From a virus, in IMG/VR virus record IMGVR_UViG_3300025598_000024, positions 32,001-96,000 of that record: a DNA stretch of 64,000 bases, one strand, 5' to 3'. Position numbers and translations under genes: made by a program. Shown piece by piece: positions 54,850 through 63,886 of the stretch; position 1 is the first letter of the stretch; each line of letters opens with the position of its first letter. The notes under the pieces are model-generated. The model was given only the letters and a program-made list of their open reading frames with translations, had not been told where the DNA came from and searched no databases.

Positions 54850-55745
54850 CAGCCTATGCCAGTCACTTGTAGAACTGCATATGCTGACCCTATATTGGTA
54901 GCAGGTTGACCAGGTGTATTGCTTATAAGAAAGCTAAACAATACTGGATTTCTAGAACTAGCTATATAAGTAGCCATTTGGCTGTATTCGTTGGCGGTCT
55001 GGTAAGTAGTTGCTTGTATTATACTCGGATAAGATGTGCTAAATGTTATTCCACCAGCCTGTAAAGCTATAGTAGCTACTCCACCGGATGCAGCAGCGAA
55101 CACAGCTACTCTACCCCATACTTGATAGGTTAGATGTCCTGACATTGTTATAGTCACGATAGCATTGCTATTTGTTCCAGCATTATTGTTATAAACTGGA
55201 CCGTTACCATACGCACCAGATGTAGTTATTGATAAAGGAACTATATTACTGCCACTTATCGCTAGTATCTGACCATCAGCTCCACCAACGATTGAGTTGT
55301 TAGCAGCAAAAGTACTGCCACTTATTGTAATTCCACTGATAGTGTTGGTGAATGCTGCACCACTGGCGCTAGTACCAACCAATAACTGACCAGATGCTGG
55401 AGTGGGGAAATCACCATTGGCGATCTGGTTGCTGATGCCAAAGTCACTGGATAGTGGACCAGCGACCCATTGCGTTCCTGCGCTGCCGCTGGTAGCAGTG
55501 GTTCCTTCGCGGCCTCTGCCACCGCTGATTGTAATAACGTTTACTGTACCAGTGGTGCTGACGTTGGTTACATAAATGATCTCGCCACTAGCAGTAACAC
55601 CGTTATAACCAGGATTAATAACAACAGGCAGATAGGTTCCAGTGGTCAGCTGGCTGGGGAAGCCAGTGCCAGTGAATGTAGTCTGAGTGGTGTTGAAACC
55701 ACTAAGCGTACCGTATAGAAAATTACCGCGATAACGAGATGCCAT
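54849..55745 (-). CDS. virion fibre-like protein
   Basis: GEIIYVT..RGREGT..W; S/T/G-rich. Confidence 0.55.
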   Translation of the reverse strand: MASRYRGNFLYGTLSGFNTTQTTFTGTGFPSQLTTGTYLPVVINPGYNGVTASGEIIYVTNVSTTGTVNVITISGGRGREGTTATSGSAGTQWVAGPLSSDFGISNQIANGDFPTPASGQLLVGTSASGAAFTNTISGITISGSTFAANNSIVGGADGQILAISGSNIVPLSITTSGAYGNGPVYNNNAGTNSNAIVTITMSGHLTYQVWGRVAVFAAASGGVATIALQAGGITFSTSYPSIIQATTYQTANEYSQMATYIASSRNPVLFSFLISNTPGQPATNIGSAYAVLQVTGIG

Positions 55746-55753
55746 GCTTTATC

Positions 55754-56260
55754 CTAGGCTAGCTTCCAGGCTGGACGTACTTTTGTTGTGTTGAAACGCA
55801 GGAAGGTTTGTGGCTGACGGCCATCTACTCCATAGCCCTGCTGAGCGGTGTGAACAGGATGGTTTACCCAGGTGTAGCTGGGGTCACCCTGTTGACCGTG
55901 GCTGATGGTAAGGATGTCACCGTTGGTGTTGGATACAACCAGAGCTACGTGCTCACCGGTTCCAGGACCATATACAACTGCGTCACCCGGCATGGCCTGT
56001 GCGGCTGGAACATGAATACCGTGCTGCAATAGTGTGCCGGTATATCCCCAGCCAGCATAGTTAGCGCCGTTGGGGTCATTGGCTCCTGCACTGTAGTAGC
56101 ATAGTGTGAAGAAGCCGCTGCAGTCGGTATTGACAGGCCAGACTGGCTTGCTCAGATGCTCGTAGGCCATACGGCCTGCGCCCTCGGTGTAGTTGAAGTG
56201 AGCCTTGTTGGCCAAGAACCACTTGCCATTTTGTACGATATCATATCTTGCGTCAGTCAT
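55754..56260 (-). CDS. NlpC/P60 cell-wall peptidase (lysin candidate)
   Basis: DCSGF, GYTGTL, PGDAVVYG..HVALV, SHG. Confidence 0.8.
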   Translation of the reverse strand: MTDARYDIVQNGKWFLANKAHFNYTEGAGRMAYEHLSKPVWPVNTDCSGFFTLCYYSAGANDPNGANYAGWGYTGTLLQHGIHVPAAQAMPGDAVVYGPGTGEHVALVVSNTNGDILTISHGQQGDPSYTWVNHPVHTAQQGYGVDGRQPQTFLRFNTTKVRPAWKLA

Positions 56261-56315
56261 TGTTTTCTCCTGTTTGGTCTGTATTACCTAGTGTAAAAGC
56301 AACGGGGTTTTACAT

Positions 56316-56840
56316 TCAAGTTGGGACAGTATCCCCACCAGCAGGACGATCTGGCTCGGCATAATCCTCTGGCACGGTCATTTCTGGTTCTGACCGCTCT
56401 TGCGAATCAGTTATTTGTTCTATTACGTAATCAGCTGCTGGTTGATCAAACTCATTGGTTATATTACCAACCGTGTCAACATTATTCTGGACTGTATAAC
56501 CACCAACAGGAACGGCAAGTTTGTAAATGCTTATCGTTGGGTTGGTAGTACTGATCTTGAATGAGAAGATGACAGTCTTGTTAGCCAGATCAGACAGCTT
56601 GAAAAGCTCATTCAGCTTTATATGAAGGCTTGTTCTAGTTCTAACACTGTCTAGCAGGACTAGTTCATCGCTGGTAAAAGTATGCAAATAATGTATTTTT
56701 ATAAAGCTGGCAGAGTCAGGCACTGGTATGGTGAATCGCTGACCGCCAAGCTTGAATGATCCCAGTCTGGTTAGTCCTACCTGTGGTGTGATAGGTCTGC
56801 CACCAGTCAGATAGTCATTAGTTCTTCTGCTAGCACTCAT
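56316..56840 (-). CDS. hypothetical virion-module protein
   Basis: ORF track. Confidence 0.5.
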   Translation of the reverse strand: MSASRRTNDYLTGGRPITPQVGLTRLGSFKLGGQRFTIPVPDSASFIKIHYLHTFTSDELVLLDSVRTRTSLHIKLNELFKLSDLANKTVIFSFKISTTNPTISIYKLAVPVGGYTVQNNVDTVGNITNEFDQPAADYVIEQITDSQERSEPEMTVPEDYAEPDRPAGGDTVPT

Positions 56841-56861
56841 AATTTTCTACCAGAATGACCA

Positions 56862-57128
56862 TTAGTAATTACCAGTTAGAGTCATATAAACTTGGGGCGA
56901 CCAATCAGATACTGTAAAGCTTGTGCTGAAAGCACCAAGTGCGGCTCCCGGCAGAGATGAACCAGCACTAGGTGCGCTAGTATATATGCACGAACCAATC
57001 GGTGTGCCAGCAGAGTCAAAGTTAGGTATGATTGGATCAATACCGGTTAGTGCTGCCACTCTCATGTTAGTTGAAGTTGTTGCTGTGCCATGTCTCTAGC
57101 CTAGGTCAGTGGTGGGGTCCGAGGCCAT
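56862..57128 (-). pseudogene. ORF with in-frame TAG at codon 11 (pseudogene or read-through)
   Basis: ATG 2 nt after fibre stop: MASDPTTDLG*RHGTATTSTNMRVAAL... Confidence 0.45.
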
Positions 57129-57130
57129 GA

Positions 57131-58666
57131 TTAGTACCAGATCTCAATAATGCCAGCGGCACCGGCACCACCGGCTCCACCGGCACCTGAACCTGAGCCA
57201 CCGTTGTAGGAACCGCCACCGCCGCCACCGCCACCGCAACCGGGTGTCGTTGCCGTTGCGCCTGTGCCGCCATTGACGGTTGGATTTGAGCCGGGATTTG
57301 TTATTTGGTAAGTGACCAATGCAGCATTCGCAGCGGCTGATGCAAGACCACCAAGACCGCCAGTAGTGGCCGTTGCCGCAGTGCCACCGGAGCCGCCGAC
57401 TACGCCTTGATTAGGTGGTGCGGAGTTGGTGTTTGAGGGTCCGCCACTGCCGGGGTTGTTCTGTGACGATGAACTGTTGCCGCCGCTGCTTAGTCCGGCT
57501 GCTGCGTACATACCACCATTGGAGTTTGTTGTGGCGTTGGCGTTGCTTCCCGGTGCCGGTGCACCACCGTTGGCTTGTGCCAGCACTGTCGAAGTATTAG
57601 TGTCGGTCAGTTTAGTGGTACTACTACTATTACCACCGAACCCACCATTGTTGCCACCAGCAGCACCACCGGCTCCACCGGCTCCACCGGCTCCAATCGT
57701 GGCGGTCAACGTATGCCCAGCAGTCACGGCAACGTTGACGATTTTGACTTCACCGCCACCGCCACCGCCGGCTCCCACTTGGAGAACATTGGTACTCGGT
57801 GAGCCGCCACCACCGCCACCGGCTCCACCGCCGACTAGTCGAACAATGACGTTGCTAATGCCACTCGGGACAACCCATGTGCTACCAGTGGTGGTAAGAG
57901 CAACGTAAGCGGTACCGGAAACACCTTGGAACCCTTGGTTGCCCTGCGTACCCTGCGTCCCCTGATTACCTTGGAAGCCTTGGTTCCCCTGGAAACCTTG
58001 AAAGCCTTGGAAACCTTGATAGCCCTGAGTCCCTTGATAGCCTTGATTGCCTTGTACTCCCTGGTAACCCTGATATCCCTGATTTCCTTGATAACCTTGG
58101 TATCCCTGTGTACCTTTAAGACCTTGATAGCCCTGACTGCCCTGGTAACCTTGATTTCCTTGGGTTCCCTGCGGTCCAGGAATAGGCACAAAGATTGCTG
58201 TCTTGTCGATATACCAGGTATTGCTAACTGCAGTGAACGCAGCTGTCCCAGGCACATAGATCTCACCAATAAGCATGGTGCCAGCCGGTACAGCTGGCTT
58301 GACCGGAGGATCAGTGATGCTACCATTGTTCCATCCAGCCAGTGTTATAGCAGTGCCCTGAACGACTGATACTGTTGTGCCACTGACAACTACAATGTCA
58401 CGACGGTCTCCCGTGCTAGCAGCAACGGTTGTAAAGCTTGCTGCTGAGACACTGGTATTTGTTCCACTGATGGAATATGTTCCAGGCGTTAGATTGCCAC
58501 TGATCACAGTGCCACTGGGGTTGGTCAGGTTCCCTGACAGCTGGAAGCCACTGATAACACCGGTTGCCTGGCCGAGCAGGTACAAAGAGCTAAGGTCGGT
58601 ATTATCCAGTACAGCCTGAGCTGGCCAGGTTGGATTGTTCTGTGATTCGGGAATGATCAAAGCCAT
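57131..58666 (-). CDS. collagen-like / glycine-rich tail fibre protein
   Basis: RRDIVV N-terminal anchor, 28 G-X-Y triplets, W.VPSG...V..VGGGAGGGG glycine-rich domain ending GIIEIWY. Confidence 0.85.
   Translation of the reverse strand: MALIIPESQNNPTWPAQAVLDNTDLSSLYLLGQATGVISGFQLSGNLTNPSGTVISGNLTPGTYSISGTNTSVSAASFTTVAASTGDRRDIVVVSGTTVSVVQGTAITLAGWNNGSITDPPVKPAVPAGTMLIGEIYVPGTAAFTAVSNTWYIDKTAIFVPIPGPQGTQGNQGYQGSQGYQGLKGTQGYQGYQGNQGYQGYQGVQGNQGYQGTQGYQGFQGFQGFQGNQGFQGNQGTQGTQGNQGFQGVSGTAYVALTTTGSTWVVPSGISNVIVRLVGGGAGGGGGGSPSTNVLQVGAGGGGGGEVKIVNVAVTAGHTLTATIGAGGAGGAGGAAGGNNGGFGGNSSSTTKLTDTNTSTVLAQANGGAPAPGSNANATTNSNGGMYAAAGLSSGGNSSSSQNNPGSGGPSNTNSAPPNQGVVGGSGGTAATATTGGLGGLASAAANAALVTYQITNPGSNPTVNGGTGATATTPGCGGGGGGGGSYNGGSGSGAGGAGGAGAAGIIEIWY
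57926..58177 (-). repeat. collagen G-X-Q repeat, 28 triplets
   Basis: GPQGTQGNQGYQGSQGYQGLKGTQ...GFQ. Confidence 0.9.
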
Positions 58667-58668
58667 GG

Positions 58669-59397
58669 TTATGGTCCAGTGATCTGCTCGGTTACTGTTA
58701 TCTGGTCACCAATCGAGCTCAGTGTAGCACTGGTGCTAAACGGAGTGGCGAACATAAGCCCGGTATAGCCAGTTCCAGAAACAGTTCCACGTGTATTAAA
58801 GATGCCAACACCATTGATGGTCGATGGGATCGTGTCTGATGCACCAACTGTGAACACACTGGTAAGAGTTACAACAGTGCTACCACTGGTTGCTGTGGTT
58901 GTCGGTGCAGCACTGATGGCTACAACACTGGGTTTGCGCATAAGACCGCTGGTAGTGATCTCACCCGGCAAATTGATAGTGGAGTTGGTAACAGCATTCA
59001 TGTTGCCACTGCCCAGTGCCATGTACCAACTGGGTGTTGTACCGGTGAACAGCATGTAGTTGCTAGCTGTTCCTGGAACACTGCCCGGAGTGCTACCATC
59101 GGTTCCTGGTGTGTACCACTGGTCTACAGTGACATTGCATGGACCAAATGCAGCAGCTGGGTTGTTAATAACATTTGCATATACAACTGCACCGGTGCCA
59201 GATGTAACTACTACAAGTGTGTAACCTTGTAGTGCTCCACTGGTAACAACAATGTTATTAATGGTATAGCTGTTAGAGGTTGCGGTGCTACCGGCACCAG
59301 CCCATGAAACAGGAGTGCCACCGGATACAGTTGTACTCCAGCTACCGGCACCAAACAGGCCACGGGCCCACATCAAACGCCCCTGGTTAACAATCAT
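58669..59397 (-). CDS. virion protein
   Basis: IVNQGR, YMALG, L.GEITTSGL.RK, GIFN, GD.ITVT. Confidence 0.55.
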   Translation of the reverse strand: MIVNQGRLMWARGLFGAGSWSTTVSGGTPVSWAGAGSTATSNSYTINNIVVTSGALQGYTLVVVTSGTGAVVYANVINNPAAAFGPCNVTVDQWYTPGTDGSTPGSVPGTASNYMLFTGTTPSWYMALGSGNMNAVTNSTINLPGEITTSGLMRKPSVVAISAAPTTTATSGSTVVTLTSVFTVGASDTIPSTINGVGIFNTRGTVSGTGYTGLMFATPFSTSATLSSIGDQITVTEQITGP

Positions 59398-59759
59398 TGT
59401 TGCTCCTCTGGGATGTCATTAAGCGTGTAGTGGGTCTGCTCGTAGTCGTCAGGGCGGCCACCAACGCCATAGAAATCTTGTAGCTGCTTTTGCAGGATGG
59501 CATTATCGCTCCACACCCAGAGAGGTGTGCCATAGCCATGAGAGTCCCAAGCACCACTGCCATGAACAACGGCGATAAAGGCCTCGTGACCTGGTAGCTG
59601 GGTGATATCCGGACGGCGAGCGAACTCGAGTGCTATTTCCCGAACGTCTTCATCAGTGACAGTATAGCTGTCAGGTATGGTTATGTAAGTTACTGTTGGC
59701 GCAGAATCGTCAGGGATGGCGGCGAGCTTTGGGTACTGATTGCCTAGTTGTACCTGCAT
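59394..59759 (-). CDS. hypothetical protein
   Basis: ORF tiling. Confidence 0.55.
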   Translation of the reverse strand: MQVQLGNQYPKLAAIPDDSAPTVTYITIPDSYTVTDEDVREIALEFARRPDITQLPGHEAFIAVVHGSGAWDSHGYGTPLWVWSDNAILQKQLQDFYGVGGRPDDYEQTHYTLNDIPEEQQ

Positions 59760-59767
59760 TTTTTACC

Positions 59768-60391
59768 TTAAATAAACTGGATACTAGCACTTACCAACAT
59801 CGTATCGCCGGGATTAAGAATCACACCATCAGCAAAGCTGGACTTCAAGAACATCTTGCCATTCGCAGTGTTGTTCCCACCTACTATGCGAGTTCCAGCG
59901 GGTATTACATTGGTACTGATAGGGCTGCCGTTGGCATGGCGAGTAATAGTAAGAGTATTCCCCGTGCCAGATACAACTGTCATTACCTCACTGAGCACCT
60001 GTACATCAAAAGGATATGTACCAGGAAAAACACTGGCATCTGAGACACTAACCGTTGTGGCACCAGGATTAAGCTGAGCTGTTAGTACAGTGTCAGCAGA
60101 GCTGGTTGATCCGTTAAAAAGCCCCAGGTTGGTTATAACCTGTGGGCCACTACTGGTTAGAGCAGCGGTGAGAACCAGAGTATCGTTAGTTGTGAACGTG
60201 GTCTGGAAACTACCAGACACCGCAACTCTTGGTCCAGATGGATTGCTAATGCTTTCATCTGTTCCCAGGGCTGGCGCTGCTCCAGTACCCCATTGCATGT
60301 ATCTAGGCTGGGCAGCAGAGTATCCGCTCCCAACTAACACTGCAGTCAGGTTACTTCTCACCTGACTGGTCAAGGCTGTGGTTATCATCAT
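59768..60391 (-). CDS. virion protein
   Basis: PRYMQWGTG, ITNLGLFN, EVMTV..LTITR; start set at MMITT. Confidence 0.55.
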   Translation of the reverse strand: MMITTALTSQVRSNLTAVLVGSGYSAAQPRYMQWGTGAAPALGTDESISNPSGPRVAVSGSFQTTFTTNDTLVLTAALTSSGPQVITNLGLFNGSTSSADTVLTAQLNPGATTVSVSDASVFPGTYPFDVQVLSEVMTVVSGTGNTLTITRHANGSPISTNVIPAGTRIVGGNNTANGKMFLKSSFADGVILNPGDTMLVSASIQFI

Positions 60392-60491
60392 CTTCCTTTG
60401 ATGAAGTAACGGCACCCAGGAACTCCTGAGTACCGTCGCTTCTTATTATTTGTATTGATACGACACTTACGTTCGCAATAACTTCGTTCAT
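60351..60491 (-). CDS. small hypothetical protein (46 aa)
   Basis: Manual: MNEVIANVSVVSIQIIRSDGTQEFLG...; TGATG-coupled. Confidence 0.5.
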   Translation of the reverse strand: MNEVIANVSVVSIQIIRSDGTQEFLGAVTSSKEDDDNHSLDQSGEK

Positions 60492-61234
60492 CAGCTGTTC
60501 TGGCGCCAGGTTCTCTTCTGAGCAGTCTGGTACAGGTTGCCACTGTATGTGGCAAAGTAACCATCATACTCTTGTGTTTCGCTGGGGATGGTGTTGATCT
60601 GACGAACCTGCTGCTGCTGTGTGAGCGTGCCAGTGGTTGTGATCGTGGTGCCACCGGTAAGGATGGTGCTGTTAGAGATCATACCACCAAAGCCAACAGG
60701 GTAGTAGTGAACCGTTGCGTCATCGATCCAGTTGGGAGTAGCGTTAGGCGTGCCTACATAGCTGGGGTAGCTTGTGCCCAGAGCACCGGATAGTGATACA
60801 GCCGTAAGAGTTGGAGGAGTACCTGTACCGCTGACCACTGATAGAATAATACCGCTGGGTACAATAATGTCAACAACAGCACCACCATTAGCTGCACCGG
60901 TGTTACCCTTGAGCAGCTGAGCAGGGCCAGCATTAACAAAGAAGTTGCTTGCACTCAGAGGACCAGCAGCAAGAGCAGAAACCAGGTCACTTACCTTGGC
61001 TGTTCCAGTGATGGTGGTGGTCTTAACACCGGTACCAGTACCACTGATGGTGAAGCTGCCAGTACTGAGCACACCGGTCAAGCGCAGGATACCACTGGCC
61101 TGAGCAAATGCATTGACCAGGTTGGCCTCGTCAATTGGAGGGTTAGGGTTTGCAGGAGTAACGCCACCACGTGTTTGAGCACGCAGCGTGGCTTTGTTGG
61201 CCTGCTCCTGAGAAACGTTTGGGGTTATTGGCAT
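60491..61234 (-). CDS. virion protein
   Basis: T/S/G-rich; in head-tail region. Confidence 0.55.
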   Translation of the reverse strand: MPITPNVSQEQANKATLRAQTRGGVTPANPNPPIDEANLVNAFAQASGILRLTGVLSTGSFTISGTGTGVKTTTITGTAKVSDLVSALAAGPLSASNFFVNAGPAQLLKGNTGAANGGAVVDIIVPSGIILSVVSGTGTPPTLTAVSLSGALGTSYPSYVGTPNATPNWIDDATVHYYPVGFGGMISNSTILTGGTTITTTGTLTQQQQVRQINTIPSETQEYDGYFATYSGNLYQTAQKRTWRQNS

Positions 61235-61287
61235 TATATGTCACCTATTCTTTTAAAAGATTTACTGGATAGTGAGTGCACAGAACT

Positions 61288-61566
61288 CTAGAAGCCTCTG
61301 TTGGTAGTGTTGTACTGGTCGTTCTGGAATACAAATCCAGTATTATTCTGACCAGCCCAACCAGTTCCGCTAAGAACTGGGCTTGCAAAGCCGCTTACAA
61401 CAGCTCCAGGGAATGTTTGTGGTAGCCAGACATTGAACCAGGGCTGGTTAGAGTACGTGGTACCGCTAAGCACAGTACCGCTAGGAATTACTGCCTTTAG
61501 CGATCCACTGTCGGCAACGAAGGTCTCTTCTACAGGGGCTGCTGCTTTTTCTGTTTTGTCGCTCAT
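61288..61566 (-). CDS. small SG-rich virion protein
   Basis: AAGGAG RBS. Confidence 0.55.
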   Translation of the reverse strand: MSDKTEKAAAPVEETFVADSGSLKAVIPSGTVLSGTTYSNQPWFNVWLPQTFPGAVVSGFASPVLSGTGWAGQNNTGFVFQNDQYNTTNRGF

Positions 61567-61605
61567 GCGTGCTCCTTATGATATGTAGAGCAACAGCCCT
61601 ACTAT

Positions 61606-62172
61606 CTACTTGTTCGGTTTAGGCTTTGGGTTACTAGTGCTATTATTCCAAACTTGCTCCCAACTCTGGCTTGGGCCCTTGGGCTCTGCCTCGTCTGGAA
61701 GATCAATCTTGTACATGCCATTGTTATCGCTAGCACCAACAGACAGGCTCTCGCGAAGTCGATCCAGGTGGCTTTCACTAGAATCGCTCTCATCAACGAG
61801 AGTTGAGATCTTTTCCATGGCATCATCTTCACTCAGAAAAGCGATTCTGCCACGTTGTACAGCCCGCAGAACGTATGGGTCCTGACGGATGTCTGCAGAA
61901 ATAGGTTGAATACTGCCATGATAACCAGCAGCGGACAACTTAAAACTGCCCTTATCACTGCGGAAAAGCGTGCTGCCTGTCATCAGGTTCTCAATCCAGT
62001 CATTGGTCTGGATGTTCTTGAGTCCCTGAAAGTTTACAGCACCACTACTTCTTGCAGCGCTAAGGTCTGATGGATCTGGACGATGCTCTTCAAAGTGACC
62101 GCCAAGATCCGTTACCGGAAGGCTGACGCTCTCGCTGCTGACATCGCTGGATCGTGATACGCTTCTTGCCAT
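61606..62172 (-). CDS. hypothetical head-module protein
   Basis: AAGGAG RBS; follows MCP. Confidence 0.6.
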   Translation of the reverse strand: MARSVSRSSDVSSESVSLPVTDLGGHFEEHRPDPSDLSAARSSGAVNFQGLKNIQTNDWIENLMTGSTLFRSDKGSFKLSAAGYHGSIQPISADIRQDPYVLRAVQRGRIAFLSEDDAMEKISTLVDESDSSESHLDRLRESLSVGASDNNGMYKIDLPDEAEPKGPSQSWEQVWNNSTSNPKPKPNK

Positions 62173-62245
62173 TTTTATTCTCCTTGTTTCAAGGGGCTTG
62201 GCTGCCCTAACAGATCTAGGAATTCTAGAAGTGTTTTATATAACA

Positions 62246-62299
62246 CAGCAAGTGCCGGGGCGATTTGCTTTCGCAGGGATCGCTCCCCGGCTAATGCTG
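62246..62299 (-). terminator. multi-stem hairpin with GAAA tetraloop after MCP
   Basis: CAGCA/TGCTG, GCCGGG/CCCGGC, GCGAT/ATCGC, TGC-GAAA-GCA. Confidence 0.55.
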
Positions 62300-62308
62300 C
62301 AGGTACTA

Positions 62309-63319
62309 CTAGGCCTTGACGATCTTGCCGAGGCCACGTGGGTTAAGAACAATCTCGCTGACGAGCTCATCCATGACCCAACCCTTGTGGAACTTCTCAG
62401 GGGTGTTGTTCTCTTCAACGTCGAGGCTGTACATGACGGGGAAGACACCGAGGAACTCGGGACTTGGGGTCATGTAAACGGTACCCTGGGGAACCTCGAT
62501 ACTACGCTGAACCTGGAAACCACCGAACTGAACAATGCGCTCACCGGCTACAACGCGGTCCTTGAAGGCCCAACCGGTCTGGTTGATGTCCCACTTGTAG
62601 AGGTCACGGTAGTCGATGGGATTGAACAGCAGACGGCTGGCCTCCAACTGGTGGACCTCGATGAGGGCGACCAGGTCGTACATCGAGTCAGGGGTTACGT
62701 AACCCGAAAGCTCGTTGACAATGTGGTTTGGGCTGACCGTGTGGTTGGGGTCAACGGCGTAGTTGTTGATAGCGGCTTCAAGAACAGTGATAAGACGGGC
62801 GTCTTCCTGCATCATGATGGCCTGCTTGCTCATGTCCTGAGCGTATTCTACGATGTTGACTCTGAGGTACCAGAGGTCTTCCTTCTTGATCTGTGGGAAG
62901 GTGGCAATACGGAACAGGCGGACCGGAACCTTCTTACCTTCGAAGGGGGTTACGCGAACCTCACCCTCGTTACCCGACAAGATGTAGGCCTGGCCGTACT
63001 CGTCAAGGACGTCGTACATGACAGGTACACCAGGGGTCAATGGGTCTTCCAGTAGAACGTTACGGGTCATACCCTGATAACGAAGCTTGAGCTGGATAGG
63101 ACCAATCATACCCTGGCCCAGACGGACCATGTAGTTGTCCTTGTCAGCAAGGATGCCAGCTAGACGACGCTGCTTTTCCTCACGCGTAGCAGTCTTACGA
63201 CCAGTGGCGGAAGCAAGACGCTCTTGAGCCTCTACGATTCCAGAAACATAGTCGTCCGACTTCTTGGCTGTGCGCGGTGCCAGGTGGTCCGCTACAGCGC
63301 CATTAGGGGAAATACTCAT
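62309..63319 (-). CDS. major capsid protein (cluster C / Bxz1-like)
   Basis: RLGQ.MIGPIQL.LRYQG..RNVLLED.LTPGVP..YDVLD, FRIA.FPQIKKEDL.YLR.NIVEY, NPRG. Confidence 0.9.
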   Translation of the reverse strand: MSISPNGAVADHLAPRTAKKSDDYVSGIVEAQERLASATGRKTATREEKQRRLAGILADKDNYMVRLGQGMIGPIQLKLRYQGMTRNVLLEDPLTPGVPVMYDVLDEYGQAYILSGNEGEVRVTPFEGKKVPVRLFRIATFPQIKKEDLWYLRVNIVEYAQDMSKQAIMMQEDARLITVLEAAINNYAVDPNHTVSPNHIVNELSGYVTPDSMYDLVALIEVHQLEASRLLFNPIDYRDLYKWDINQTGWAFKDRVVAGERIVQFGGFQVQRSIEVPQGTVYMTPSPEFLGVFPVMYSLDVEENNTPEKFHKGWVMDELVSEIVLNPRGLGKIVKA

Positions 63320-63340
63320 GATTAATTTACCTTTCCTTAA

Positions 63341-63859
63341 CTAGTTGGCCAAGCCAGCGGCTAGACGGACAACAATTTGTGTTGGGCTGACAACATCGAT
63401 CAGCTCAGCGACTGGAACGGATGCTAGTGTGCCTGCAGCACCACTGGTTGTGGTAAGCTGGCCAGTGCCACTAGTTGTGTACAGAATTGTACGGGTACCG
63501 TTCGTTGGGACCGTGTAAGACTGAGTGGTGTCAAAGGCAGGAGCCGTGATGGTGAAGAAGGCGTTAACGCCACCCAGCCATACGGCCCAGGCATTGATAC
63601 CAACCTGGGTTACGTCATCAATGTTAGGGTTACGGTCAAGAGCACTCAAACCGAAAGGCTTGGCATTGGCCGTACTGGTAGCACTACCAGCGTTGGCAAC
63701 CGTGTCAGGTCCACTGCGGTACATAACCATGCCCGAGTAGATGTTGGTCGTGTCACTGGGGTCCAGGAACGTGTTGTATGGAGTAGCCTCATACTTTTCG
63801 TACAGTGGGGTGCACGTACGGTGGACCCCAACATTAGCTACGCTATTGAGTTGCAGCAT
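63341..63859 (-). CDS. capsid decoration/minor head protein
   Basis: R.C.PLY...EATP...FLDP, IYSGMVM, PFGLS; directly upstream of MCP. Confidence 0.6.
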   Translation of the reverse strand: MLQLNSVANVGVHRTCTPLYEKYEATPYNTFLDPSDTTNIYSGMVMYRSGPDTVANAGSATSTANAKPFGLSALDRNPNIDDVTQVGINAWAVWLGGVNAFFTITAPAFDTTQSYTVPTNGTRTILYTTSGTGQLTTTSGAAGTLASVPVAELIDVVSPTQIVVRLAAGLAN

Positions 63860-63886
63860 CTTTCTTTCTCCTTGTAGGGGATTCTG

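Noticed and set aside
57131-58666. Diversity-generating retroelement target
   Set aside because: No reverse transcriptase or TR/VR repeat pair found.
62198-63055. Long plus-strand ORFs (also 19143..19964, 48518..49324, 8453..9073)
   Set aside because: Antisense shadows of well-supported minus-strand genes; no motifs.
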